Notes under the pieces: model-generated
What the model was told of the DNA's origin: nothing
Database searches by the model: none
The model's input: only the letters and a program-made list of their open reading frames with translations
DNA from: Octopus vulgaris
Taxonomy: Eukaryota
Assembly: GCA_951406725.2 (NCBI GenBank)
Contig: OX597815.1
Coordinates: forward strand, 151,528,001-151,592,000
DNA length: 64,000 nucleotides
Direction: 5' to 3'
Program-made: the position numbers and the translations under genes
Part shown: positions 13,753-27,380 of the stretch, piece after piece
Numbering within the stretch: position 1 is the stretch's first letter
How the letters are laid out: each line of letters starts with the position of its first letter

Positions 13753-14222
13753 TATATATGTAATGTGTGTGTGTCTCTGTTTGTTCCCCCAACATCGCTT
13801 GACAACCGCTGCTGGTATGTTTACGTCCCTGTCACTTAGCGGTTCGACAAGAGAGACCGATAGAATAAGTCCTGGGGTCGATTTGCTCGACTAAAGGCGG
13901 TGATCCAGCATGGCCGCAGTCAAATGACTGAAACAAGTAAAAGAGTATGTATGTGAATGGGATATGGGACGGACTGAGTGGGAAGTACTACCCAACATAT
14001 TAGGCACAGACATAGCTGCCTGGTAAGAAGTTTGCTTCCTGGCCACAATATTTCGGCTTCAGTCTCACTACATTGCACTTTGGGCAAGTGTCTTTTACTA
14101 TAGCCCCAGGCTGACCAAAGCCTTGTGAGTGGATTTGGTGGATGGAAACTGAAAGAAGCCCATCTATATATGGGTTATGTGTGTGTTACTGTCTCCTTGC
14201 TTTGTTATCACATAGTTGTAAA

Positions 14223-14478
14223 TAGGGCTGTTGGGTCAGTCAGAAACAATTAAGAAGTAGCTGGAATTAGTCAATAAAATTATACCGACTCTGACGCACA
14301 ATCTCTTTATTCTTTAATATAAATCAGTTATAATATACAGGCCTACTCAAAGTACAAGCGTATGCATATGCTTTATTTGTAGAACATAATCACTTAATTA
14401 CATAAAGAGGAGTTGGAGTCAGAGGTGCCAGTAGTTGAGTTAGAGTTGAAGTTTTTTTGTTTTGACTCCACGGCCCTG
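14223..14478. mobile_element. hAT-type MITE
   Basis: TAGGGCTG ... CGGCCCTG termini with an exact 8-bp TSD gttgtaaa (14215-14222 and 14479-14486). Confidence 0.8.
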
Positions 14479-17400
14479 GTTGTAAATGATTGTTACCATC
14501 ATGCAATTAGTGTCCTTCATTTCCAATCTTCCATGATAACATGTCTGCTCATAGAAGAATTTAATATCGGTTTTCCATGCTGGCATGGGTTGGACGGTTT
14601 GACTGAGAACTGGTAAGTTGGGAGGCTGCACCAGGTTCTGATGTGGTGTGGTTTCTACAGTTGGATGCCCTTCCTAATGCCAACCACTCCGAGAGTGTAC
14701 TGGGTGCTTATTACCTCCCACTGGCATGGGTGCCATTTACAAAACACTGGCATTGGCCACAACAGTGATTTCACTTGGCTGAAACAGGTAAGGGTTGGTG
14801 ACAGGATAGGCATCTGCCAAGGAAAAATCCGTTTCAAAAAATTCTGTTCAACCCATGGGAGCATAGAAAAGTGCATGCTGAATGATGATGGCATATATCA
14901 TCATAATCATTTAATGTCCGTTTTCCATGCTGGCATGGATTGGACAGTTTGATTGAGAATTGGTAAGTTGGGGAGCTGCACCAGGTTCTGATGTGGCGTG
15001 GTTTCTACTGCTGGATGCCCTTCTTAATGCCAACCACTCCAAGAGTCTTCTGGGTGCTTATTACATTGCTACTAGTATGGGTGCTATTTACAAAACACTG
15101 GCATCGGCCACAGCTATAACTTTGCTTGGTTTGACAGGTTTCTCAAGCATGGTATATTGCCAAAGGTCTTGGACACTTATCACTGCCTCCGTGTGGCCCA
15201 AAGTTCGAAGGGTGCTTTTTATGTGTCACCAGCATGGGTGCTAGATATGCGACCCTAGCATTGGCCACAACAACGATTTCACTTGGCATGATGGGTCTTC
15301 TCAAACACAGCATATTGCTCAATGTTTGAAGAATACTTTCTACATGTCACTGGCACGAGTGCCAGTTACACAACACTGTTATTGGCCATGACTGCAATTT
15401 CACTTGGCTTGATGTGTCTTCTCCAGCAAGGCATATCATCAAAAGTCTCACTTGTCATTGCCTCCATGAGGCCCAATGGTTGAAGATCATGTGTGTGTAT
15501 ATTTGTGTCTCCTTGTCTTGGCATCACATGGTTAATGTAAATGAATGTCATTCATTTGTAATATTTAATGGAAACATGTCGGGCCATAGGGAAATATTAC
15601 CTTGCTTGGAAACGGGTATGGATTGGTGACAGAATGAGCATTCAGCCATAGTAAAATCTGCCTCACTAAACTCTGGCCAACCCATGTAAACTATGACAAT
15701 GTATATGTAATGTGTATGAGTGTTTCTGCATTTGTGCATATATGTGTATCTCTGTATATATACGTAAATGTATTGCTCATACAATATGAAATGAAATGAG
15801 AGTATGAGATTCAGCTCTGCAGTAGCTATCATGCACTTTACTGCACACATACACACATGTTGTCTATCAGAGATTGTTTTACCAAATTCTCTATTCCATA
15901 TTCTGTTGCAATCAATCCAAAATACGATGATAGTGATGCTGATGCAAATTTGTAACAGATTACTCATGTCGTTATATAAGCTCTAGTTATTAACTAGATA
16001 AGACTACAAGGGAAGGATTTGTAGGTTTTCTTCATGGGATTGGAGTTAAAAAGAATAATTTTTTTTTTATCTTTCACTGCTTGCTTCACAATCTAAACTG
16101 TGTTTGTTTTAACTATAAATGTTATTTCTCTTTCCATTCATATTTTTTTTTCTGGATTTCCTCCTACAACATGCAGGCACAAATACATATAAATGCAGCA
16201 ACAAATACATGTGTATGTGCATGTGGTGTATATACATATACACATACATGCACACATATGCAAACGTACATTTGTACATGATTCCATATATAATTCATTT
16301 GTTTGCCTCTCCATATTCAATAATACATATGCTTTCAATACAAAGATAACGTTATATTACAAAACGAAAAAAAAAAAAATGCACATTGCTGATATCTGCA
16401 TCAGTAAAAGTTCAGTTTCTGGTGGTTATCAGATGTTGACGTTTGTTTACTATCTATGAAATTCATCTGTGTATTACAGTTCTAGTGTGTGTGTGTATAT
16501 ATATATATACACACAAATATATATATTTATAGATCATCATCATATATTTACACACACACACACACACTTGCTTGTTTATATATAGTGAAATTTAAAAAGT
16601 CAAAGCCTCACTGTGAGAAAAATAAGTTTGTACTCATATTTCTTTCTACACACAAAACACTATATATATATATGTGTATTTGAGTGAGGCCGTTGCCAGT
16701 GTCGCTGGACTGGCTCCTGTGCAGGTGGCACATAAAAAGCACCATTTGAGCATGGCGTTTGCCAGTACTGCCTGACTGGCTCTTGTGCTGGTGGCACGTA
16801 AAAGCACCCCCTACACTCTCAGAGTGGTTTGCATTACGAAGGGCATCCAACTGTAGAAACTCAGCCAGATCAGATTGGAGCCTGGTGCAACCATCTGGTT
16901 CGCCAGGCTTCAGTCAAATCGTCCAACCTATACTAGCATGGAAAGCGGACGTTAAACGATGATGATGATGATGTGTGTGTGTGTACACACCACAACAAAA
17001 AGAAGTATAAGTTTCCTGACATTGTTTTAACAAAATTGTTGACAGCTTCTTAGGGAAAACATAACTGGTTTACTTCCCTAGTTAAGGCAGTCATAAATTA
17101 GGCTAGCGCCATAGTGGGCAGCCTAATTTATAGCAAGATTTTGTAATATTTAAATTTATTTCATTTTTTACTCATTCATGCTGTGTTGTTCAAAAAATAG
17201 ATATCCAGCATTGATGAGCTGTCTAAAGCACAAATATGTAAATTAGGCTCTCCGTTCCGATGGTAACTGAATATTCTATGCTACTGATTGAGGGGAGGGA
17301 ATTATGTGTTTGAGGAGTGGTTAGCAAATCATGAAGCTATCAATAGGCTCCCCACTCTTTCCCATACATCAAAAGCACATTTTGAACTGGAAGGCTTTGT

Positions 17401-18601
17401 CTATTACATTGATGCCAATACTTGATTTGTACTTTAGTATATTGACCTTGAAAAGTAAAGGATGAAAGGTAAAGTTGATCTTGACAGGATTTGAACTTAT
17501 GTAAAGAGCTGGAATAAGATTATTGATCAGTAATACATTATAATACTGTTAACAAATTTTTGATTACTTGAGTTTTCAAAAAAATCATCATCATCGTTCA
17601 GTGTCCATTTTTCTATGTTTGTGTGGGTCAGCTGGATGCCTTTCCAGTCACCAACCTTCACTTTTTTCCAAGGAAGGTGATATTTCCCATGGTCAGACAT
17701 GTTTTTCATGGAAAACCGACAGCAAACATCACTTGTATGATGGTGCTACTCATTCACAACCATACTTGAGTTTCCATCTAGTTAATCTGCTTATGAGGCT
17801 TCAGTGGGCCCAGGGCTTATAGTTGAAGACACTTTTGAGTATGCCCTGCAATGGGACTGAACCCAAAACCACATGATTGATGCCATCATCATCATTTGCT
17901 GTCCATTTTCCATGTTGGATGGTTTGACAGGAGCTGGCAAGCTGGATGCCCTTCCTAATGCCATCCACTTTACAGTGTGTCCTTGGTGCTTTTTTTACAT
18001 GGCACAGGTCTGCTGAAGTGGGTAAAACATCAGACAGAATGCTTTATTTCCCTTTGCATCATGGTTATTGTTTTGCTCTTCACCTGTTGAATTAATGTTA
18101 ACATATACAGTTTAGTAAATATTAAGGAAACCAATTAGAAATAATTGTTTTTATTTCTTTATTGCCTACAGGGGGCTAAACATAGAGGGGACAAACAAGG
18201 AGAGACAAAGGGATTAAGTCGATTAGATCAACTCCAGTATGTAACTGGTACTTATTTAATCGACACCGAAAGGATGAAAGGCTAAGCCGACCTCGGCAGA
18301 ATTTGGACTCAGAACGTAAAGACAGACAAAATACTGCTAAGCATTTTGCTTGGCTTGCTAACGATTCTTCCAGCTTGCCACCTATATGTTATGAGGCTAA
18401 ATCGATATTAATCAGTCCTAGCCTAATATTGTTTTGATTCTTTTGGCAAGTTTAAGAGATACCATTGGCAAAGTAGAGATTTGACTGTACTTGTTGATAG
18501 AGAATCACTAAGTAAATCTAGAATATTCGACATTGGTTGGCAAAGAGAAATAGAAAAGTCTAGAGAATAAATAACTCAGAAATAGTTCAATTCGATGTTT
18601 C

Positions 18602-18723
18602 TGAGATGAGGAATTTACATTAAGGAAATAATACTGTTTATATTAGTCAAACAGGTGTCCTTGTCTTGATTGTTGCTTCCACTAGGTTTCAGCTGTTGTA
18701 TGCTCCAGCCTTCTTCAGGTGTC
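18602..18723 (-). ncRNA. Degenerate hammerhead-like motif in a Penelope-like repeat remnant
   Basis: Minus strand reads GACAC CTGAAGA A GGCTG..CAGCT GAAA CCTA; homologous to the arms of the 27029-27447 element. Confidence 0.4.
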
Positions 18724-19337
18724 TCATGTTGAACTCGGTTGTTGTATTGCAACCGAGTTTGACACTAGACACCAGTTCAACTAATGAACTAGTGTACTTA
18801 ATCAGAAGTAGTGCGTGCTTTGATATAATAAAATGAGCTTATAAGACAGAAACCTGTCTGGGGTTGTCTCCCATACTTAAAGATGTAATTAAAATATTAT
18901 CAGTAACTAATGTTTTTATTCTCTTACTGTATAATTATTTCATCATTATATTGCTCCACATATTTGTTTAGTTTTGTTAACAACTGCATAAAGTATAAAG
19001 AAAAAGGGTAAAGATTTTTTATTATAACCATCACCATACACCTATTTTCCTTGCTGGCATGAATTGGATGGTTCAACAGGAATTGATGAACCAGAAGACT
19101 GTGCAGAGCCCCTATTTCTGTTTTGGCATAGTTTCTGTAGCTGGGAATCCTTTTTAATGTCAGCCACACTAAAGGGGACTTCAGATAATTAAGATGATAA
19201 GGTACCAAAGCATGCTATCAATGTATAAAAGAGAATATGGACAGAGGATCAGGGAGGAAGTAGAGGAAGAGTAATTTATGTGAATAAATTCTAAAAATGC
19301 TTATATTGTATTATAATTTCTCTGTTGTGTTTTCTAG

Positions 19338-19439
19338 GTGAAAGAAATTGAAAAACGAGATGCATGTCTCACATCTAAAGAACAGATTGATCGTCTTACA
19401 AGACCAGGATCCACATATTTTAACTTGAATCCTTTTGAT
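19338..19439 (+). CDS. DNAJC8: DNAJC8-like coding exon 2 (first exon found): VKEIEKRDACLTSKEQIDRLTRPGSTYFNLNPFD
   Basis: tttctag acceptor, 102-nt phase 0/0 exon, gtaagt donor. The translation closely matches the DNAJC8 N-terminal segment as I recall it (VKQIEKRDSVLTSKNQIERLTRPGSSYFNLNPFE). Confidence 0.95.
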
Positions 19440-19969
19440 GTAAGTTTACATTTTCTCACTTCATTTGACTATTTTATTTTTAAAAAATGAATGGAAAATT
19501 AATCAAGTTAACCACTAAGAAGATTCACAGTAAAATTAGTTATTTTATTGTAATTAAGGGAAAAATCTGATGCGTGAGGTGAGCCCTTCTGTGATCTCTC
19601 CTTTTCTTCATTGCAAACTAATTCATTCTTACTTTGTGAATTTTGTTTTTATTATTTACCAACACAGGTCCTCCCTAGTTTTCCTCTCTGACCCAAGTAT
19701 ACTATGATTATGTTCAAACCAGGCCGATCCAGCTTCTCACACCTACTCTACAATGTCATTCTAAAAATAAATAATCACATCATTGAAATCTTGAAGCTAT
19801 GAGATAATGTATGATTAATTGAAAACAATGCATATAGATAAGCATTACATTTGATGGAGTAATCTGAATGGGTTAAATGGTTAAACAATGGTAATATATC
19901 CATTAATGATTTGACAGTATTTGTGTGTGTATTTTATTTTTAGCTCTAAGGCTATATAAATGTCTCAAA

Positions 19970-20181
19970 AAGTGGTGAGCTGGCAGAAATGTTTCCTAGG
20001 CGAAATGCTTAGCAGTATTTTGTCTGTCTTTACATTCTGAGTTCAAATTCTGCCAAGGTTGACTTTGCCTTTCATCCTTTTGGGGGTCGATAAATTAAGT
20101 ACCAGTTGCATACTGGGGTCGATCTAATCGACTGGCCTCCTCCCGCAAAATTTCAGGCCTTGTGCCTAGAGTGTAAAAGAA
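19970..20181 (+). mobile_element. SINE family A (CpG-decayed intronic copy)
   Basis: TSD tatataaatgtctcaaa on both sides; ccgccgaggtcgac has decayed to tgccaaggttgac. Confidence 0.75.
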
Positions 20182-21559
20182 TATATAAATGTCTCAAAGT
20201 TTGAGAGTTTTGTGCATGGCACTTGACAAATGCAATGCACTACAGCAAGAAACTTGTTCTTCTCTGGCCCTTTCTCTCATACCTTACCCCTAATCCTACT
20301 AGCCTAAAGTTTCTCCTCCCCACTAGAGGTTCATAGTTTTGCAAGCTGCTTGGTGGCCACACTAACACTTGCACCACAAAAAAGCCCCCACTTTAAAGTA
20401 GTTGGAGTTAGGAAGGGCATCCAGTCATAGGAACTATACCAAAGCAGACACTAGGGCCACAATGCAGTCCCTTGGGCCTTATGGATCCTGTCACACTGTC
20501 CAATCTATGCCAGCATGGAACATGGATGCTGAATGATGATGATAAGTCTCATTTCTCAAAAGAATAACTGTTTGAAGTCTGCTTTCCACACTGACATGGG
20601 TTGGAATGTTTGACAAGATCCAATGGGTTGGAAGGCCATCTTTGGCTCTTCCAACATCTCAGTTTCAGCATAGTTTTTACAGATGGATGCCCTTTCTCAA
20701 GCCGTTCACTTTAGAGAATGTATTGGGTGCATTTTTTTCATGGCACCAACAATGTGGGGGTTTTCTTACCCTCAGCAACACTAAAGAGTCCTCTTGGTCA
20801 CGTGTTATGTCTGCTCAGTTTGGCAACAACTTTACAATGTATTGAGTGCTTTTTTTAACTTAGCACCAATGTTAGTGAAGTTCTCTTGGAACTCACACAA
20901 CTAAAGAACCCTCATAGCTAAAAGGGAGAACAGGAGAGACTGAGGACTTCAGGTGAGGTGTTGAGGGAACAGACCTATTGTTGTGGAAAGGTGGTAGCAT
21001 AGAGAGTTAGAGGAAACTTTTGGCTGTGAGTAGTGGAAGGAACAGAGGAAAAGGGAGAGAAAGAGTAGATTAGAGAGAGAGAGAGAGAAGGACAGGGATC
21101 AGGATGATGGTATAAGTTGAGTAGGACTGATTCAGTGTTATCCCCTGTTATAAGAGTGAATATGGCTGGGTTATTTGGGCAGAGTGGTGCATGACAGAAA
21201 GATAGAGATGAGGGTGATGGAGAGGGTGTCACTGAAAGAAAGAGGTGTGTGAAGTCGAGAAGTGAAAGAGAGGTGGGGTTGGGGTTGAGAGAAGGACATG
21301 TGATGTAGGTGGGTGGTGATGAGGTGATAAAGAAGTTGTGGAGAGAGGACAGTGGGAGCCAGAGAGGTGAGGGGTGGAGTAGTGGATGACTGTATTGAGA
21401 GCAGTGAGAGAGAGTCAGAAGGGTATCATAGATATTGGGGTGAGATAGGGGAGAGGATGAGTACAGCTTCTACTTATAGCATTCTCATTTACTTGGTGTG
21501 TGTGTGTGTTTATGGTTGGGAGTACCAGACAAATCTCTGGAGGTTCAGTATAATTGGTT

Positions 21560-21900
21560 AAAATGCTCCATGAGAATCTATAGCCTGGATACAAGGGCTG
21601 TATGTTTTTTATTAGTCCATTGTAGATGTTCTCTTCTACAACTTCAGACAATACATTCAACACATCCATCGAACCATTGACTGCTTCAGCCTTCAGCAGT
21701 GCAAGACTTGTTCTTTGCTCTCTTAGAACAATAATGTGTTTGCCTGGGCTTACTACTTTTAATAAAACACTCTAAGGCAATGACTGAAACCAATAAAGTA
21801 ATAGATACAAGCTATCTACATCATGTAGTTTCATGACTTTTAAAGTAACCGCCCACATGAACAAGCTGTACCTTATGTTCCTAAGGATCAAGTTAAATCT
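21560..21900 (-). mobile_element. Degraded non-LTR retrotransposon fragment, restriction-like endonuclease (R4/Dong-like) C-terminus
   Basis: DVLNVLSEVVEENIYNGLIKNIQPLYPGYRFS resembles an RLE domain end. Homologous + strand fragment at ~30930-31295. Confidence 0.45.
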
Positions 21901-22351
21901 CAGATGACACTTATTACAGATTCTTTTCTGGTCTATACAATGCACTATATATAATTCCCCCATTTGTGTTCCATAGACTCTACACACCTCTCCTACATTG
22001 TGTTCTGCACAATAGGCTATACATGTCTCTTCTTTATATATGGCCCATAAAATGGACTCTATACACTTCCCCTACATTTTTGTTCTATACAATGGACTGC
22101 ATACATATCTATGTTTGTGCTTGATACAAATCCACTGTACATTTGCAGTCTAGACAACCTACTACATCCATCCATCCATCCTTCCTTCCTTCCTTCCTTC
22201 CTCCATTCATTCATTAATTAATTCATTCTTTCTCCACACAATCAAATATGTACATCTTTTCTGCATTATATACTCTCTCTACTCTCTGTAAAGGTTCTCT
22301 GGTCCTGTTGTTAATATTAGTGAATTTATATCCTCATGTTTGCTGCCAATC

Positions 22352-22383
<32 letters not shown>

Positions 22384-22727
22384 TTCATATCTGTTTTCCA
22401 TACTAGCAAGGGTTGGAAGGGTTGACAGGAGCTGGCAAGCCAGAGAACTGCACCAGGTTCCAATTGTCCGTTTTGACAAGTTTTCTACTGCTGGAAAACT
22501 TTGTATGCCAACCACTTGATAGAATGTACTGGGCGTTTTTTTTTTTTTTTATTTATATAGAATGTACTAGGTATTTTTTTTTTATATATATATACATTTT
22601 CTTAACTCTGAATAATGAACGACAATTTCCTGCAGTTCCATAATCAAATTCTGCTAATTCAGTGTTTTTGACAGTTGTTTTAGTGTGATTCCTACACCAA
22701 AAAGATTACAAAACTAATACTTAAATG

Positions 22728-22968
22728 CAGGGCTGTGGAGCCGAAACAATAAACTTTGACGCCAACTCCCACTCCTCTTTTTGTAATCGTGGTCTACATT
22801 TCTCATAAAGCATATACATACGCATGTACTTTGAGTAGGCTTGTATGTTATAACTAATTTATATAAAAGAATGAAGATACTGTGAGTCGGAGTAGGTATA
22901 GTTTTATCGACTCTGGCTCTAGCTACCCTTTAATTGTTTCTGACCACAACTCCGATTCCACAGCTTTG
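22728..22968. mobile_element. hAT-type MITE (inverted copy of the 14223 family)
   Basis: CAGGGCTGTGGAG ... TTCCACAGCTTTG termini; 8-bp TSD cttaaatg/cttaaata. Confidence 0.75.
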
Positions 22969-23134
22969 CTTAAATATCTCTCAGTTTTCCCAGTTTTGAA
23001 CCAAGTCCAGTTTTTAACCATTATTGTCAATTTGGCTTCAACTTCTACCATCACATGATATATATCGCAATGTTAATGCTTTGTATACTTCAATATTTGT
23101 TGTTATTTTATGTTGTTTTGTTCTCTTTTTTCAG

Positions 23135-23191
23135 GTTCTTCAAATTGACCCTGATATGCCTATGCCTGAAGTAAAGAAAAAATACAGACAG
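23135..23191 (+). CDS. DNAJC8: DNAJC8-like coding exon 3: VLQIDPDMPMPEVKKKYRQ (J-domain helices I-II)
   Basis: Polypyrimidine tract plus tcag acceptor, 57 nt, gtagtc donor, in frame with the neighbouring exons. Confidence 0.93.
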
Positions 23192-24629
23192 GTAGTCAAG
23201 TAGATCCTTACAATTTTTAAATTTTGGGGTTGTGAGGATGAATCTGTTAGAGATGAAGAGAAACTAGATTGAATGTTGTATGAAGCTGCATAGTTAAGAA
23301 AATTGCTTCTCAATGATGTAGCTTTCGGTTCAGTGTCACTGTAAAGCTTCTTGGGCCAGTGTCTTCTGCTATAGCTCCTGTCCAACAAAAGCCTTATGAA
23401 TGGATTTGTAGATGGAAATTGAAAGAAGCCTATTCTGTGTTTATAAATACATATACATGTATGTATGTGTGTGTATATGTAATGTAATGTATGTATGTGT
23501 GAATGTTTGTGTGCCTCTGTCATCACATGAGGATTGTAAATGAGCATCATTATCATAAGAGTGATGTTGTTCATTTCCAGTCTTCCATGAAAAACGTGTG
23601 GCTTGGGGAAATGTCACCTTACTTGAAAATAGATGTGTGCTGATGACTGGAAGTGCATCTGGCTGCATAAAATATGCATTTATGAAAGTTTGTGTGACTC
23701 CTGCATGCATTAAAGAATGGACATTAAATGATGATAGTGGTAATGTGCATCTTTGTGCCTAGGCACCACACATTTACATTATGACATGTATGTATCCTAT
23801 CATGACCCGTCTTTTCGTTGGATGTCCATTCGTCCACGTCTTATGGCATGGCATCATTTTGTCTGATGATTTTTTCTGTTCAACGACTTTTTGTCTAATT
23901 TTAAATAAATGTTAAATAGGCGCAGGAGTGGCTGTGTGGTAAGTAGCTTACTTACCAACCACACGGTCCAACCACACAGATCTCACTGTTTGGCACCTTG
24001 GGCAAGTGACTTCTATTATAGCCTCAGGCTGACCAAAGCCTTCTGAGTGGATTTGGTAGTCGTGTATATATATACATGTATGTATGTATGTGTGTGTGTG
24101 TGTATATGTGTTTGTGTTAGTCCCCCCAACATCGCTTGACAACCGATGCTGGTGTGTTTATGTCCTTGTAACATAGCGGTTTGGCAAAAGAGACTGATAG
24201 AATAAGTACTAGGCTTACAAAGAATGAGCTCTGGGGTCAATTTGCTCGACTAAAGGCGGTGCTCCAGCATGGCCGCAGTCAAATGACTGAAACAAGTAAA
24301 AGAATAAAAGAACTCTTTAGAAAACAAAGTGAACATCAAAATCAAATAATCATTGAGAATTTTATTGATACGATTTATCGTTGAATGAAAAAAAATCATC
24401 AGTGAAAAAGATGTGGCCGAAAAGACATTTGATGAAGTTACGTCGGATGAAAAGACATTGCAGCTATCCCATTTGTGCTTTGTCTCTGGATCTAAGAGAG
24501 AGGTTTGGTGAGAGAAAGAGACTGGTAGACTAAATATCAAACTTCAAAATTAGGTACAGAGGTTGATTTAATTGAGGAAACCCTTCCTTTCTTTTAATGA
24601 CTGAAACCAGTAAAAGTCATATATGTATA

Positions 24630-25380
24630 CAGGTTGTTGTGAAGGCACATGGCTCAGTGGTTAGAGCATTGAGCTTACGAGCATGAGGTTGTGAGTTCGA
24701 ATCCCGGACTGGGCTACGTGTTGTGTTCTTGAGCAAGACACTTTCACATTGCTCCAGTTCACTCAGCTGTAGAAATGAGTTGTGATGTCGCAGGTGCCAG
24801 CTGCATTGGCACTTGCTTTTCCCTTGGATAACACTGGTGGCGTGGAGAGGGGAGGCTGGTATGCATGGGTGACTGCTGGTCTTCCATAAACAACCTTGCC
24901 CAGACTTGTGCCTGGGAGGGTAACTTTCTAGGTGCAATTCCATGGTCAGTCCTGACCGAAGGGGGTCTCAGCATGTCGACTTATGACCTATCTGGCTTAC
25001 AACCGATCAACTTTACAATGATTGGCGTACCAGCTCTTGGCAGCAATAATAAGTAGTCCAGTTGAAATCTAATGGGTTTAATTTCTTAGAAATTAACCTG
25101 TCTACGGATGATGTCAGCCAACAAACGCTTCCCCTAGGTTTGGTTATCAATTGCCACTGTGTTGGATGACTATCCTGTTGTGGAGACATCGAGGCAACCT
25201 TGTATTTGTTTATAAGATGACTGCTTGAGACTCTGAAACTTTTGACTAACGACAGTATAGTAGTATAATACAGAATACTGTGTGTGACTTCTACCTGAGA
25301 ATTTACCTTAAGAAAGCTATGTAGGCTGACTTACAACCAGTAGTCGGAACCAATGGTGGTTATAAGTTGATGACGACCTG
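24630..25380. mobile_element. Tigger-like MITE with a SINE C inserted in its left TIR
   Basis: TA|CAGGTTGTTGT[SINE ~24641-24970]..GTCGACTTATGACC ... GGTTATAAGTTGATGACGACCTG|TA. Confidence 0.6.
24641..24970 (+). mobile_element. SINE family C (tRNA head tggctcagtggttagagc...gttcgaatccc, ttgagcaagacact core)
   Basis: A/B boxes visible. Related copies at ~9963-10285, 27575-27895, 28025-28345, 59073-59460 (-) and 62695-62830. Confidence 0.75.
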
Positions 25381-25834
25381 TATATACATACGCATGTGTT
25401 AAACAGACATAAAAGACTCACTGACTTTCCTGGTAAGCCACAATACAAAGTTGTCCAATTGCCAATTAGTGATCAACACCCATGCCACTGTTCATTAGCC
25501 ATTGTGTGAAGATTTATACAATGGTTGATGAGCAGTGGTACAAGTATTGATTCCTTGATGAGCAGCTGGAAAGCTTTGTTTTTATGGTCTGTCATGAAAC
25601 TCAGTGTTTCTGTGTGTGAGTTTTCCATGTTTATATAATATTTTAAATATATTTTTCTATTTCAACGATATTGAGGTCTGCTTTGTTTGTAGTTACACAC
25701 ATGCTTTATCATTGTATATATATATATATGTATACATATCATACAAAAGTTTAGACATTTACATATTTATAAATATATATAGCACTTATACATGTATGTG
25801 TATATCAAGTATGTTTCATTTGTATTTTTGCTAG

Positions 25835-25901
25835 ATGTCCATATTGGTGCATCCAGATAAAAATCAGCAGGATAAAGAAAGAGCACAAATATCATTTGAA
25901 G
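25835..25901 (+). CDS. DNAJC8: DNAJC8-like coding exon 4: MSILVHPDKNQQDKERAQISFE (HPD motif)
   Basis: ctag acceptor, 67 nt, phase 1 donor gtagat. Contains the J-domain HPD(K) signature. Confidence 0.95.
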
Positions 25902-26043
25902 GTAGATATTTTGTTAATCAAGATTATGTTTTAAGTTATTGATTATTTAGCTATCATTCATACTTATCGTATTTGATAGCACATAAGACATACTTTATTG
26001 CAGACAAAAAAAGGTCTGAAATGTTCACCCTGGGTCCTATATA

Positions 26044-26808
26044 CAGGGTCGGGCAGAGAGGACGGACGTTTTTGAAAAATCCACAAACTCATTAATTTTA
26101 GCTGCAAACAAATTTTATTGACATCAATGTGTTCGAATTGAATTAGCATTTGTCAAAATCAAGTGTGGAAAACAACATATATCATGTAGTGTCAGTTTTC
26201 ATTGATGCATTTCTTTTTTACTCTAGACACAAAGCCTGAAATTTTGTGGGAGGGAGCCAGTTGATTAGATCGACTCCAGTATGCAACTGGTTCTTAATAT
26301 ATTGACCCTGAAAGGGTGAAAGGCAAAGTTAACCTTGGCAGAATTTGAACTAAGAGCATAAAGACAGATGAAATACTGCTAAGCATTTTGCCCAACATGC
26401 TAACAATTCTGCCAGCTTGCCGCCTTTCATGGATGTATTTCTGAAGGCGTTCTTGGTCCATACCATTTGTGGCGCCACCACCGGTCTCCTATTCATTAGT
26501 GTACCTCGTGTATGAAGTGCATTCATCCATCGCAAGATTGTGTTATTGGTGGGAACAGCCTGATTTTGGTGAATGTTGAAGTGGCACCAAAACGCTTACT
26601 GAACTACTGTGACAGACTTGTTTTTCTTCACATAACTGTCGTAGGCAAACACGCAATGCTTTATCGTCCACAGCGCCATGGCTTTACTTGAAAAGAAAAA
26701 AATATGCGAAGACACCATGGCCGAATGGTACCTGTCAGACATATGTCCGTCCCCCTGGGGCTGATTAATAGCCATTTTTAAAATGTCCTTCCTCTTTGCC
26801 CCACCCTG
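26044..26808 (-). mobile_element. Internally deleted Tc1/mariner-superfamily transposon (DUF4817-type HTH N-terminus), with a SINE A inserted at ~26216-26424
   Basis: TA|CAGGGTCGGGCAGAGAGG ... CCTCTTTGCCCCACCCTG|TA. Minus strand from 26679 reads MALWTIKHCVFAYDSYVKKNKSVTVVQ*AFWCHFNIHQNQAVPTNNTILRWMNALHTRG. Confidence 0.75.
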
Positions 26809-27072
26809 TACAAAGTTGGGCCTCCCATGTGCTTTAATGCACTAAAAACGTTTTTTCCTGAATATGTACTGCTGAAATTGTGGTGAGTCTTTTATGCCAT
26901 TAAATACAGTATTTATATTTAGTTGTTTGAATGTTAACACTTTTTATATTATAGACCTGATCGTCTCAAATTATTGTCTGTCTAATTTGTCTCTACTTTG
27001 TCTTTGTTTCAGCTTTACTCTTCTTACATTATTTACATTTGACGGATATTTGTCCTCATCTTGTTTGTTGTT

Positions 27073-27118
27073 AACATAACATTTCGGCTGATGTACTCTC
27101 CAGCCTTCATCAGGTGTC
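27073..27118 (-). ncRNA. Minimal type I hammerhead ribozyme motif
   Basis: GACAC-CTGATGA-A-GGCTG(N10)CAGCC-GAAA-T-GTT-ATGTT. Core boxes and stem II intact; stems I/III carry probable C>T and G>A decay. Confidence 0.55.
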
Positions 27119-27268
27119 CTGGGGGAATTTTGAACCTGGGCTCTCATTCCTAAGGTATTTTTCCGATGATGATGATGTTACTGCCTGGAATCAAACTTGG
27201 AATCTTGGGTTAATAGCCCATGCTCTTAACCACTACGCCATATGTCCGTGTTCAATTCCAGGCAGTGA

Positions 27269-27300
<32 letters not shown>

Positions 27301-27337
27301 CCTTAGGAATGAGAACCAGGGTTCAAAATTTCCACAG

Positions 27338-27380
27338 GACACCTGATGAAGGCTGGAGGGTAAATCAGCTGAAACGTGTT
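27338..27380 (+). ncRNA. Minimal type I hammerhead motif, second arm, probably inactive
   Basis: GACAC-CTGATGA-A-GGCTG(N10)CAGCT-GAAA-C-GTGTT; 3 nt are missing relative to the other arm at the cleavage triplet. Confidence 0.45.

Noticed and set aside
27181-27250. Genuine tRNA gene
   Set aside because: A/B boxes are present but there is no intact acceptor stem and the B box is decayed; treated as a SINE-type head, like the other tRNA-like heads in the window.
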